A stretch of 64,000 bases of DNA from assembly GCA_963555985.3 (NCBI GenBank), contig OY820591.1:1504001-1568000 (forward strand), given 5' to 3'. The stretch is from Dehalococcoidia bacterium. Its GTDB lineage: Bacteria; Chloroflexota; Dehalococcoidia; Bin125. How positions within the stretch are numbered: the first letter of the stretch is position 1; the number at the start of each line of letters is the position of its first letter. Of the stretch, positions 29,570 through 39,409 are shown piece after piece. Under the pieces are notes generated by a model that saw only the letters and a program-made list of their open reading frames with translations, searched no databases and had not been told where the DNA came from. A program made the position numbers and the translations under genes.

Positions 29570-29629
29570 ACATCCCAGTCCAGATCACTCACCGTCCACC
29601 GGAGCGAGTTCACAGGAGCGGAAGCACCC

Positions 29630-30727
29630 ATGTCGCAGCAGCCGCCGGATCCAATTCCGTTCCCACGCCAGCGACCCGGCGTGCCTCCCCGTGGCGCCCC
29701 GCCCCCGCAACAGCCCCCCGCCCAGGGAGGCGCGCCCTCTGGACCCGTCATCTATTCGGCCTCTGGCCAGCCCTTGCGTCGGGTCGCACCGGCAACGCCG
29801 CCCCCGCCGCCGCAACCGGTTGCCTCAAGTCCGCCACCACCGCCCCCGACGGACGACCAAGCCGATGATGCTGGCCTCCACGCTCACGTCGCAGCCGTGA
29901 TCGACGCAACCGACGCCACTTTCCAGCGAGACGTGATCGAGCGCTCGCACGAACTCCCCGTCGTCGTCGACTGCTGGGCGCCCTGGTGCGGACCTTGCCG
30001 CGTCCTCGGACCGATCCTGGAAAAACTGGCCTACGAGCGCGACGGCCAGGTCCAGCTCGTCAAGGTCAACACCGACGAGAACCCCCAAGTCGCCCGCGCC
30101 CTCCAGGTGCAAGGCATCCCCGCCGTCTTCGCCTTCGCCGGCGGAGCAGTGATCAACCAGTTCGTCGGTGCCTTGCCCGAAGAGCAAGTGCGACAGTTCT
30201 TCGATTCCCTCATCCCCTCCGAGGCCGATCGCAAGGCCGCCGAGGGCTATCGAATGCTCCGCGAGAACCAGATCCCGATTGCGCGGCTGCACTTCGAGTC
30301 CGCCCTCTCGGAAGACCCCAACCACGAGATGGCCGGAGTTGGACTAGCCGCAGTCCTGGCCGGAATCGGCGAGACCGAGCGCGCCACTGAACTAGCCGAG
30401 AGGTGGCCGAACAATCCCACCAGCAGAGGCATCCTCGCCTCAATGGCTCTCCGCGCCGCAATGGCCGGCTACGAGCCGGATGAGGTCAGACAAAACGCCG
30501 CGACAATGCCCGATAGCGCCGAAGCTCGCTATCGGCACGGCTGCCTGCTCGCACTCGAAGGTCAGTGGCAAGCGGCGCTCGACGAGTTGCTCGAATCCGT
30601 CCGCCTGGACAAGTTCGCCGCCGACGAAGGCGCGCGCAAACGCCTCCTCGATCTCTTCGCCATGCTCGGAGAAAATCAGCCGGTCGTAGCCGAGTACCGC
30701 CGCCGCCTCGGGCAATTGCTGTTCTAG
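29630..30727 (+). CDS. Thioredoxin-TPR chaperedoxin (YbbN/CnoX-like) with Pro-rich N-terminal extension
   Basis: WAPWCGPC, TPR helices, EYRRRLGQLLF C-terminus. Confidence 0.9.
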   Translation: MSQQPPDPIPFPRQRPGVPPRGAPPPQQPPAQGGAPSGPVIYSASGQPLRRVAPATPPPPPQPVASSPPPPPPTDDQADDAGLHAHVAAVIDATDATFQRDVIERSHELPVVVDCWAPWCGPCRVLGPILEKLAYERDGQVQLVKVNTDENPQVARALQVQGIPAVFAFAGGAVINQFVGALPEEQVRQFFDSLIPSEADRKAAEGYRMLRENQIPIARLHFESALSEDPNHEMAGVGLAAVLAGIGETERATELAERWPNNPTSRGILASMALRAAMAGYEPDEVRQNAATMPDSAEARYRHGCLLALEGQWQAALDELLESVRLDKFAADEGARKRLLDLFAMLGENQPVVAEYRRRLGQLLF

Positions 30728-30750
30728 CAATCCTTTGAACAAGCCTGAGC

Positions 30751-30800
30751 CCCTCTCCCCCCGCAATGCGGGGGGAGATGTCACGAAGTGACAGAGGCGA
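30751..30800. repeat. REP-like double hairpin, family 2
   Basis: CCCTCTCCCCCCGCAATGCGGGGGGAGATGTCACGAAGTGACAGAGG between convergent genes. Confidence 0.8.
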
Positions 30801-30835
30801 GTCCCTACAGGACTACCCAACCCAAGAGTGAACAA

Positions 30836-31168
30836 CTATCCCTCGTCTGCGTCCGTCCCCCGCGTGTACCACTGTCGCGTCCGCCACCACGGCATCGGGC
30901 GTTCGTCATCCTCCGGCTTGGCTCGATTGCGAATCGCCCAGATGAAGATGACCAGCGTCGCCCCGACAAAGCAGAACGGAATGAAGATCGAGGTCGCAAG
31001 CGTCTCGTCGGAGACGTGGATTCCCTCATCGTCCTCACCACCGGCCGCCGCAATCTGAGGTTCCGATTGCACGAAATCGTCAGCCGCCGTCGCCAGACCG
31101 AGCGCCCCCGCGCTCAGGCCGGTGACGAGCAGCAATGCAAGCAGGAGCCGTTGTAGTCGCGAGTTCAT
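30836..31168 (-). CDS. Small membrane protein
   Basis: Signal-like N-terminus, one TM helix, PWW-containing tail. Confidence 0.65.
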   Translation of the reverse strand: MNSRLQRLLLALLLVTGLSAGALGLATAADDFVQSEPQIAAAGGEDDEGIHVSDETLATSIFIPFCFVGATLVIFIWAIRNRAKPEDDERPMPWWRTRQWYTRGTDADEG

Positions 31169-31306
31169 CACAGCCGAGTTGCCCCTCATTGGCTCGGTCC
31201 CGAGCCTGCCTTCGCGTGCGGTCGTGCGCCGCTAGTTTCGCGCCTCTGCCCAACACGGTCAATTCGCGCCGCGCAGCCCCCGCCAACGCCGCCGCACGAT
31301 TAGACT

Positions 31307-32992
31307 ATGCCCATGCACCCACCGACTAAATTCTCCCTACTCGACGCCGACGGCCAGGAACAGCAGTTCCCGCCCGATGGCCCCGTCCTCCTCGCGCTGG
31401 TCAAGGAGGACTGCGACACCTGCAACCTGACCCTGCCGCTGCTCGAAGCCGTTCACCGCGCCACCGACGACGGCCTCGACGTCTGGGTCGCCGTGCAGAA
31501 GCGCGACGACATCGCCGTCCTCAAAGACCGCCACGATCTCACAATGCCGCTCCTCGACGACGACGCCCTCGACCTCTCCTACGAGACCGACATCGACACC
31601 GTGCCCACCCTCTTCCTCTACGACGAATTGCACGAATGCACCCTTGAGACCTTCGGCTTCGACAAGCACGAGTGGCGCGAGATCAGCAACGAGGCCATGA
31701 CCCTCTCCGGCCAACCGGGCCGTGAGATCGGCATTGATTGGGATGCGCTGCCCGCGCAGCGCCCAGGCTGCGGCGCGCGCAACTACGAACCCGGCGTCTA
31801 CGAACGACTCCAGGCCCTCAAAAGCGGCGACCTGCTCTCCCGACTCGTCGATCTCGCCTCCAGCGACGACATCCACGACTTCATGTACGACCAGGGCTAC
31901 ACCGACGGCTTCCCCGTCGTCCCGCCGACTCGCGAGCGGGTCTGGAAGATGCTCCAGGGCACCCAACGCGATCCGCAGGAAGAGGTGGCAATCATGCCGC
32001 CCAACCTCGCCCCGATCACCGTCGAAAAGATCGCCATCAACGCGGTCATGGCCGGTGCCAAGCCGGAATACCTGCCCGCGATCATCGCCCTGGTCGAGAT
32101 CGCCTGCACCGAGAGCTTCAACATCCACGGCGTACTTGCTACCACGATGGGAGCCACGCCCGTCGGGATCTTCAACGGCCCGATCCGCGACCGCATTGGT
32201 ATGAACTACCTCCACGGCGCATTGGGCAGCGGCAACCGTGCCAACGCCGCCATCGGCCGCGCCCTCCGGCTCTGCGCTCGCAATGTCGGCGGCAGCATTC
32301 CCGGCGGCACCGACCGCGCCACTCAGGGCGGCCCGCATCGCCTGACCATGAACTTCGCCGAGAACGAGGACGCCAGCCCTTGGGAGTCGCTCGCCGTCGA
32401 GCGCGGCTTCGAGCCAACCGATGATGTCGCCACTCTGATGGCGATGTCCGGTGGGCCGGCCACGATCGCCGACGAACGCTCGCGTGACGGGCGAGGGTTG
32501 GCGGGCACGCTGGCGGCGTCCATGAGCTGTATGCAGGATCCCAAGTCCCCGATGGTCGACACGCTGGTCGTCCTTTCGCCCGATCACGCCGGCATTTTCG
32601 GACGCTCTGGCTGGTCTAAGGACGATGTACGCGAGTGCATCATGGAGGAGACCTCTATCCCATTGAAGGACAGGCTTCGCTCAGACGACGCAGGCTGCGG
32701 CCTGCCGCCGTCTGTGGTCGAGCGATTCGGCGGCGAAGCGGCGCTCGACCTGCCCGTGGCGAAGTTCCAGGACAAGTCCAACATCATCCTCGTTGTCGCT
32801 GGCTCCTCTGCCGCCAAATTCTCCACCATCCTCGGAGGCTGGGCGACCGGAATCTACTCCACACCGACGAGCGCCAGTATCGGACCGAACGGCGCGTTGG
32901 CCATCCGTAGTACGGGCGGGTCCGGCATGGACAAGCGCCGCTCCGGTGGACGAGACCTCGGAGCGTTCGAACCAAGCATCCACCGGCCCTGA
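31307..32992 (+). CDS. Thioredoxin/peroxiredoxin-like CxxC domain fused to an uncharacterised UGSC-partner domain
   Basis: KEDCDTC and cis-Pro-like TVPT; PGCG linker; GYTDGFPVVPPT, TVEKIAINAVMAG, GNRANAAIGRAL. Confidence 0.8.
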   Translation: MPMHPPTKFSLLDADGQEQQFPPDGPVLLALVKEDCDTCNLTLPLLEAVHRATDDGLDVWVAVQKRDDIAVLKDRHDLTMPLLDDDALDLSYETDIDTVPTLFLYDELHECTLETFGFDKHEWREISNEAMTLSGQPGREIGIDWDALPAQRPGCGARNYEPGVYERLQALKSGDLLSRLVDLASSDDIHDFMYDQGYTDGFPVVPPTRERVWKMLQGTQRDPQEEVAIMPPNLAPITVEKIAINAVMAGAKPEYLPAIIALVEIACTESFNIHGVLATTMGATPVGIFNGPIRDRIGMNYLHGALGSGNRANAAIGRALRLCARNVGGSIPGGTDRATQGGPHRLTMNFAENEDASPWESLAVERGFEPTDDVATLMAMSGGPATIADERSRDGRGLAGTLAASMSCMQDPKSPMVDTLVVLSPDHAGIFGRSGWSKDDVRECIMEETSIPLKDRLRSDDAGCGLPPSVVERFGGEAALDLPVAKFQDKSNIILVVAGSSAAKFSTILGGWATGIYSTPTSASIGPNGALAIRSTGGSGMDKRRSGGRDLGAFEPSIHRP

Positions 32993-33091
32993 ACCAGGAT
33001 CGCAGGATGCTCGACGACTAGGACGACTAGACTGTGTATCAACACACGACGCACCGCAACCCTGCAGACGGCGCGTTGATGGAGAGGTCCA

Positions 33092-33622
33092 ATGGTTACC
33101 CAGATCCTTGACCCAACCGACGAACGAGTGCCGATCAAGCGTTCGCTCACACCGCGCCCTGAGGCGCTGCACGGGACGATCGCCCTGCTCGACATCTCCA
33201 AGCCGCGCGGCGACGTTTTCCTCAACCGACTCGAGGAACTGCTGCATGAGCGCGCGCCCGGCGTTGAGACGCGGCGCTTCATGAAGCCGACCGTCGCCAA
33301 GCCGGCCCCGCAACCGATCAAAGATGCGATCCTGGAGGAATGCGACTTCGTTATCGAAGCGCTGGCCGATTGAGGATCCTGCACGACGTGCAGTGTGCAC
33401 GACACCGTTTTCTTCGAACTGCAGGGCAAGCCCAGCGTCTTCGTCGCCACCTCTGAGTTCATCAAGGCCGCTAGCCACCAGGCCGAACGCCTCGGACTCG
33501 AAGAGGTCCGTCGCGTCTTCATCCCGCATCCGATGCAGGACCGCACCGACGCCGAGATGCACGAACACGCCGAACGCTTCGTCGACGAAATCCTCGACAC
33601 CCTCATGGCCCCCGTCGAGTAG
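33092..33622 (+). CDS. UGSC-family selenoprotein (176 aa, Sec at TGA 33371-33373)
   Basis: ORFs 33092-33373 and 33395-33622 are in the same frame; read-through gives ALAD-U-GSCTTCSVHD. Confidence 0.88.
33385..33403 (+). promoter_or_regulatory. Candidate bacterial SECIS hairpin
   Basis: CGTGCA-GTG-TGCACG stem-loop (33387-33401); G-starting loop 20 nt after the UGA. Confidence 0.55.
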
Positions 33623-33648
33623 TTCCCCGCATCCCCGCTCGTACTCTT

Positions 33649-33744
33649 CCCTCTCCCCCGCGAAGCGGGGGGAGATGCCGAAGGCAGAGGGGGGCTTCCC
33701 CCTCTGAAATCCCCTCTCCCTCTGGGAGAGGGTTAGGGTGAGGG
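33649..33744. repeat. Two adjacent REP-like hairpin elements, family 2
   Basis: CCCTCTCCCCCGCGAAGCGGGGGGAGATGCCGAAGGCAGAGGGGG and CCCCTCTCCCTCTGGGAGAGGGTTAGGGTGAGGG. Confidence 0.82.
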
Positions 33745-33771
33745 CCATCGCCCACCAGATAAGACATCACC

Positions 33772-34881
33772 GTGCCCGCCGATTCCGACTCCTTCGCCCG
33801 AATCATCGAAATCGCCGACCACGACGACGTCTACGAGTTCATGTTTGCGCAGGGCATCACCGACGGCCTGCCCGTCGTCCCGCCGACCCGCGAACGCGTC
33901 GACCGAATGCTCGACTGTGCCCCCGAGCACTGGAACGATCCGCAGAAAATCGTCGCCACACTCCCGCCCAACATGGCCCCGATGACGGTCGAGAAGGCCG
34001 CCATCAACGCAGTCATGGCCGGCTGCAAGCCCGACTACTTCCCCACCGTGCTGGCCTCCGTCGAGGCCGCCGCCGGCGGGCGCTTCCCCTTGCACGGATC
34101 GATCGCCACCACCGCCGGACTCGCCCCGATGATGCTCGTCAACGGCCCGGTCCGCAAAGAGATCGGCATGAACTGGGGCCTCAACGCACTCGGCCAGGGC
34201 AACCGAGCCAACTCCACCCTCGGTCGCGCTCTCCGACTGATGCTCCGCAATATCGGCGGAGCCGTCCCCGGAGAGATCGAGCAGGCCATCCAGGGCGGCG
34301 GACACAAATGGACGCTGAGCTACGCCGAGGACGAGGACTATTCGCCCTGGGAGCCGTACCACGTTGAGCACGGCTACGACCCCGGCGACAGCGTCGTCTC
34401 CCTAATCCCGATCACCGGCGGTCCCCGAGTCTGCATCGACCAGTACAGCCGCAACGCGCGCTCGCTGACCGGCTCCATCGCCATGGCCTTCCAGCAGGTG
34501 CTCAAGCCCAGAGGTCAGGTCACGCCCTCGATGTTCGTGGTCAGCCCCGAACACGCCGACGTCTACCGCGCCAGCGGCTGGTCCAAGGACAACTTCCGCG
34601 AAGCGATCATGGAGTTCACCGCGCTCCCCCTGCGCGAGCGCCTCGCCACCCCGACCATGGGCGGCGGAATCAACGAGTACCTGCCGGAGAAGCACCGCCT
34701 GACCGAAGAAGACCTCGACATGCCCCTGTCAAAGGTCGCAGACCCGTCCTTCATTGCGATCACCGTCGCCGGCAGCCATGCCGGCAAATGGACCAGCATC
34801 TACCAGGGCATCTTCGGCGACGGCAACCCCGCCCAGACCCCCGGCGTCTTCATGCCCGCTTCCGCTCTCGTTCGCTCATGA
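33772..34881 (+). CDS. Uncharacterised UGSC-partner family protein (paralog 2)
   Basis: GITDGLPVVPPT, TVEKAAINAVMAG, GNRANSTLGRAL, SPEHA...GWSK. Confidence 0.85.
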   Translation: MPADSDSFARIIEIADHDDVYEFMFAQGITDGLPVVPPTRERVDRMLDCAPEHWNDPQKIVATLPPNMAPMTVEKAAINAVMAGCKPDYFPTVLASVEAAAGGRFPLHGSIATTAGLAPMMLVNGPVRKEIGMNWGLNALGQGNRANSTLGRALRLMLRNIGGAVPGEIEQAIQGGGHKWTLSYAEDEDYSPWEPYHVEHGYDPGDSVVSLIPITGGPRVCIDQYSRNARSLTGSIAMAFQQVLKPRGQVTPSMFVVSPEHADVYRASGWSKDNFREAIMEFTALPLRERLATPTMGGGINEYLPEKHRLTEEDLDMPLSKVADPSFIAITVAGSHAGKWTSIYQGIFGDGNPAQTPGVFMPASALVRS

Positions 34882-34888
34882 CCGCCCC

Positions 34889-35977
34889 ATGAACAAGTTG
34901 CTCTCACGAGCCATCGATATCGCCGAACACGACGACATCTACGAGTTCATGTTCGATCACGGCCTGACCGACGGTCTGCCCGTCGTACCCCCAACCCGCC
35001 CGCGCGTCGAGCGAATGCTCGCCGCCACTTCTCGCGCTCCCGCTGAGATCCTTGGCCATCTCCCACCCAACGACATTCCCGCGACGATCGAGAAGATTGC
35101 CGTCAACGCAGTAATGTCAGGCGCAAAACCAGAGTACTTCCCGCTCATCTTGGCCGCAGCTGAGGCAGCCCTCAGCCCTCAATATCCCCTTCATGGCGCA
35201 CTCGCCAGTACTGATGGAATCGCCCCGCTCATGGTCGTGAACGGACCCGTCCGCGCCCAAATCGGTATGAACTGGGGCCTCAACGCCCTCGGACAGGGCA
35301 ACCGCGCCAACTCCACCATCGGCCGCGCGCTACGGCTCGTCTTCTGGAACCTCGCCGGCGCGCGGCCGGGCGAGATCGACCAGACCGTCCAGGGCGGCGC
35401 CCACAAGTGGACTCTCACCTACGCCGAGTACGAGGAGGCAAGTCCCTGGCAGCCCTTCCACGTGGAGCACGGCTGGGACCTCGATCAGAGCGTCGTCACA
35501 CTCGTGCCCACCGTTGGCGGTCCGCGCATCTGCGTGGACGAGACCAGCCGTACTGCCCGCGCCCTCAGTGGCTCGCTCGCTCTTGCCTTCCAACGCATCT
35601 TCGCCCCAAACGGCCAGATCGGACCAACCATGCTCGTGCTCTCCCCCGAACACGCCGATGTCTTCCGCCGAGACGGTTGGAGCAAAGACAACCTCCGCGA
35701 AGCCATCTATGAGCGCACCCTCCTCCCTCTCCGCGACCGCCTCGCCAACCCCGAGCTTGGAGGCGGTGTCATGCCCCACGCACTGACGCGCGGAGCTCTG
35801 AAGCATCTGCCGCTGGACACTCCCACAGCAAAAGTCAGCGATTCCTCCCACATCCTCCTCACGGTCGCGGGCAGTCACGCTGGCAAGAGAACCGGAATCT
35901 ACACCGGTATCGTGCCCCGTATGCAGCCCGACAATCTCAATCCCTTCGTTCCCGCATCGGCGCGCGTCGAATCATGA
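34889..35977 (+). CDS. Uncharacterised UGSC-partner family protein (paralog 3)
   Basis: Same motifs as paralog 2; ATG at 34889 (MNKLLSR). Confidence 0.85.
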   Translation: MNKLLSRAIDIAEHDDIYEFMFDHGLTDGLPVVPPTRPRVERMLAATSRAPAEILGHLPPNDIPATIEKIAVNAVMSGAKPEYFPLILAAAEAALSPQYPLHGALASTDGIAPLMVVNGPVRAQIGMNWGLNALGQGNRANSTIGRALRLVFWNLAGARPGEIDQTVQGGAHKWTLTYAEYEEASPWQPFHVEHGWDLDQSVVTLVPTVGGPRICVDETSRTARALSGSLALAFQRIFAPNGQIGPTMLVLSPEHADVFRRDGWSKDNLREAIYERTLLPLRDRLANPELGGGVMPHALTRGALKHLPLDTPTAKVSDSSHILLTVAGSHAGKRTGIYTGIVPRMQPDNLNPFVPASARVES

Positions 35978-36612
35978 GCACTCCCGCCACCGCCGCCGCG
36001 CTGGATCGAAACGCTACCCTGCGCCGCCGTCTATCCGAGCCTCCTCTGATTCACGTACAGGCTGGATCGCGCAAATTGACCTTGAAAACACGACACGGCC
36101 TGTTCTCCTCGAAAGCGATCGACGAAGGCACCATGCTGCTCTTGCGTGAACTGGAATCCGTGCCGCCCCAACCTCAAATCCTCGACCTCGGCTGCGGCTA
36201 CGGAGCCATCGGCCTCACGCTCGCCGCCCGTTGGCCCCAGTCCGAGCTCGTCCTCGTCGACACCGATCTCCGCGCCATCGAAGCCGCAACCGAAAACGCC
36301 GCTGCCAACAACCTCCCCAACGCCGCCGCCTACCTCAGCGACAGCCTCCGCGACGCCCCTCCCGGTCCCTACCACCTCATCCTCTCCAACCTCCCCGCCC
36401 AGGCCGGCAACGACGCTCTCGATCAGCTCCTGCTCGATGCACATGACGCGCTAGCGGATGGCGGCTCGCTCGTAGTCGTCGCCGTCAACGGGCTCCGTCG
36501 CTATCTCCAGCGCCGACTCACCGACATCTTCGGCGACAACCGCCTCGTTCACAAAGCCCGCCAAGGCCCCAGGCACACCGTCCTCGAAGCCCGCAAGGAC
36601 AGCGCCGCATGA
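35974..36612 (+). CDS. Class I SAM methyltransferase (RsmC/MTS-like)
   Basis: GLFS..IDEGT, LDLGCGYG, ILSNLP. Confidence 0.88.
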   Translation: MSTPATAAALDRNATLRRRLSEPPLIHVQAGSRKLTLKTRHGLFSSKAIDEGTMLLLRELESVPPQPQILDLGCGYGAIGLTLAARWPQSELVLVDTDLRAIEAATENAAANNLPNAAAYLSDSLRDAPPGPYHLILSNLPAQAGNDALDQLLLDAHDALADGGSLVVVAVNGLRRYLQRRLTDIFGDNRLVHKARQGPRHTVLEARKDSAA

Positions 36613-37991
36613 CCGCGCTCGCGCCAAGCTCCCGCCCCGGCATGATGGAACCGCTGCGCCTGCGCGAGTTCCGACTACTTCTCACCGGCTTCATCGTCGG
36701 TCAGTCGATGATGCCGCTCCAGTTCGTCGCCTCAATCGCCTGGATTCAGCTCGTTGCCCCCGACGACATCGAAATCCTCATGGTCGGCGCGATCGGCACC
36801 ATTCGCGGCATTGGCATGATCGGCTTCGGTCTCTTCGGCGGCGCGCTCGCCGACCGCTTCGACCGCCGCCGCCTGCTGATGGTCACTCAGGCAGTCGCCT
36901 TTGTCAGCAACATCTTGATCGCGATCATGATCTGGACCGGCTCGGGCGGAACCACCGACATCATCATCTTCTTCGCGCTCACGATCGTCGCGTCATCCGC
37001 ACACGCGATCGACGGACCTACCCGCAACGCGATCACTCCCGAAATCCTCGGGCCGCGTCTCACTCCGTCGGGCATCGCTTTGAATTCGGCCGCGATGCAG
37101 TTCGCCATGCCCATCGCGATCTTCGCCTCAGGCCTGATGATCGACAATCTCGGCCACGGTGCCGTCTTCGCCATCTCCTCCTTCGGACACCTCGGCGAAG
37201 TCCTCATTCTCGCCATGATGTCCTACCGCACCGTGTTCTCCGCCGCTCACATGGCGGCGCGTGGTCAAGGCCCCGGCCAAGCCATTCGAGACATCCGCGA
37301 TGGACTGCGATTTGCGCGCTCAAAGGCGGTCATCCTCTGGACGGTGCTAATCGTCGTCCTCATGATGTCGCTGATCATGCCGCCGACCGGCACACTCGGG
37401 CCGCAATGGGTGACCACCGTCGTCGGCGCATCCTGGTCCCAATTCAGCTACATCGCCGTCTTCTGGGGCGGAGGCGCAATGATCGCCTCGCTCTTCCTCG
37501 TCCGCTTCTCCTGGATCGAACGCAAGGGACTGCTCACCGGCATTGGCGTTATCGTCATGGCGCTCGGATTCGTCGTCTTCACCAACCCCGCCACCGTCAT
37601 CAACGCCATGCTCGGCAACCTCCTGCTCGGCGTCGGCATGTCGATCGCGATGGTCTCGGCCAACGCCACTCTCGCCTACGAGACGCCCAACGAGATGCGC
37701 GGCCGGATTATGGGTCTGATCTTCCTCGGCATGGGCATCGCCCAGGCGGCAGGACTTCCCTTAGGCGCAGTCGCACAATCACTCACGATGGAAACCCTGT
37801 TCCCGCCAATGTCGTTCGCCGTCCTCGCCTTCCTCGTCGCCATCATCATCCTCCGGCCGGTCATCCTCCGAGCTCGCGTCCCTCAGCACCCGCCCGAACC
37901 AATCGCTCAAGCCGTCGAAACCGGACGCGCGGTACTCAACGGCGCAGCCTCCTTCGTCGCCCGAATCGCCCCCAACAAAGTCGCGCGCTAG
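36609..37991 (+). CDS. MFS transporter
   Basis: About 12 TM segments; GALADRFDRRRLL motif A. Confidence 0.92.
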   Translation: MTALAPSSRPGMMEPLRLREFRLLLTGFIVGQSMMPLQFVASIAWIQLVAPDDIEILMVGAIGTIRGIGMIGFGLFGGALADRFDRRRLLMVTQAVAFVSNILIAIMIWTGSGGTTDIIIFFALTIVASSAHAIDGPTRNAITPEILGPRLTPSGIALNSAAMQFAMPIAIFASGLMIDNLGHGAVFAISSFGHLGEVLILAMMSYRTVFSAAHMAARGQGPGQAIRDIRDGLRFARSKAVILWTVLIVVLMMSLIMPPTGTLGPQWVTTVVGASWSQFSYIAVFWGGGAMIASLFLVRFSWIERKGLLTGIGVIVMALGFVVFTNPATVINAMLGNLLLGVGMSIAMVSANATLAYETPNEMRGRIMGLIFLGMGIAQAAGLPLGAVAQSLTMETLFPPMSFAVLAFLVAIIILRPVILRARVPQHPPEPIAQAVETGRAVLNGAASFVARIAPNKVAR

Positions 37992-38051
37992 CGCTGCGAT
38001 AGCATTCACGCTGAACCACCCGCAATCGACCACATCGAGCGGAGCACCACG

Positions 38052-39218
38052 ATGGAATACCGCTTCAGCGATCAAGCGCTCGCCTTCGAAGCAGAAGTCA
38101 ACGATTTCCTCGATCAGGAATGGACACCCGAACTTCGAGCGAAGATCGGCGACCCCGCCACCGACACGCTCGACGACGAACGCGGATTCCGCCGACTGCT
38201 CGCCGAACGCGGCTGGCTCACCATGTCCTGGCCCGCCGAGTACGGTGGCCAAGAGCGCTCACTCGAAGAGCAATACCTCTTCTGGGAGGCGATGAACTAC
38301 GTCGGCGCGCCCCAGGCCACCGTCGCCACTCAGCAGGTTGGCCCAACCCTCATGCGCTTCGGCACCGACGAACAGCGCGAACGCTTCCTCCCGCCAATCG
38401 CGCGTGGCGATGTGGAATTCGCGCTCGGCTACACCGAACCCGACGCCGGCTCCGATCTCGCCTCACTTCAGCTCCGCGCCGTCAAGGACGGCGACGATTA
38501 TGTGATCAACGGCATCAAGCGCTTCACCTCGGGTGCCCACCGTTCCGAATACGTCTGGCTCGCAACACGCACGGATCCCGATGCGCCCAAACACCGCGGC
38601 GTCTCGATGATGCTGGTCGACATGAAGTCCCCCGGGATCACGGTCAAGCCGCTCTGGACGATGGCCGGCTACCGCACCAACGAGGTCTACTTCGAAGATG
38701 TTCGCGTCCCCACCAACGTCCTCGTCGGCGAGGAAAACCGCGGCTGGTACTACGCCGCCCACGCCCTCGACCGCGAGCGCATCTCGATCTTCACCGTCAG
38801 CAGCGTCCGCTCCGTCTTCGACCGTCTCTACGAATGGGCCGACAGCGACACCCCTATGGGCCGCCCGCTCGACGACGAAGGCGTCCGCAGCACCCTCGCT
38901 GACTTCAAAATCCAGCTCGAGGTCCTGCAACACCTCTCCTACCGCATCCTCGACATGCTCAAGCGCGAGGAGAGCCCCAACTACGAAGCCAGCCAGGTCA
39001 AAATCTTCTCCACCGAGATGATGCAGAGCCTCCAGAACTTCTCCCTCCACGCAATGGGCCTCTACGGACAACTCGAACCCGGCGAAGAACGCGCGCCCAT
39101 CGGCGGCACAGCCGAAAACGGCTACATCGCCGCCATCATGCCCACCTTCGGCGCAGGTGCCAACGAACTCCAGCGCAACATCATCGCCCAAAGAGGCTTC
39201 GGCCTCCCCCGCGCCTAA
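38052..39218 (+). CDS. Acyl-CoA dehydrogenase
   Basis: GYTEPDAGSDLASL, NGIKRFTS, GAGANELQRNII. Confidence 0.94.
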   Translation: MEYRFSDQALAFEAEVNDFLDQEWTPELRAKIGDPATDTLDDERGFRRLLAERGWLTMSWPAEYGGQERSLEEQYLFWEAMNYVGAPQATVATQQVGPTLMRFGTDEQRERFLPPIARGDVEFALGYTEPDAGSDLASLQLRAVKDGDDYVINGIKRFTSGAHRSEYVWLATRTDPDAPKHRGVSMMLVDMKSPGITVKPLWTMAGYRTNEVYFEDVRVPTNVLVGEENRGWYYAAHALDRERISIFTVSSVRSVFDRLYEWADSDTPMGRPLDDEGVRSTLADFKIQLEVLQHLSYRILDMLKREESPNYEASQVKIFSTEMMQSLQNFSLHAMGLYGQLEPGEERAPIGGTAENGYIAAIMPTFGAGANELQRNIIAQRGFGLPRA

Positions 39219-39260
39219 GTCCACTCCTGCCCCACTCCATCATCCCGCCCCACGAGCTCC

Positions 39261-39317
39261 GTCATACCCGCGCTCCGTCGCGGAGCCTGTCCCCGCGCAG
39301 GCGGGGATCACTCGCCG
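39261..39317. repeat. REP-like element, family 1 (composite)
   Basis: GTCATACCCGCGC (shared with 49118) followed by GAGCCTGTCCCCGCGCAGGCGGGGATCACTCGCCG (shared with 2317). Confidence 0.75.
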
Positions 39318-39409
39318 AGTCCAGCACCCAGTCCCCAACCAGCGCTCCCCCTCCTCCCTCTTGCTCTCCTCTCCCCCTTGAGGAGACCTGCGCGTAATCC
39401 CAAATTCCG

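Noticed and set aside
33092-33622. Interpretation as a pseudogene or two separate genes
   Set aside because: The in-frame TGA sits in a UxxC redox motif with a downstream hairpin, and the second ORF lacks its own RBS; Sec read-through fits better.
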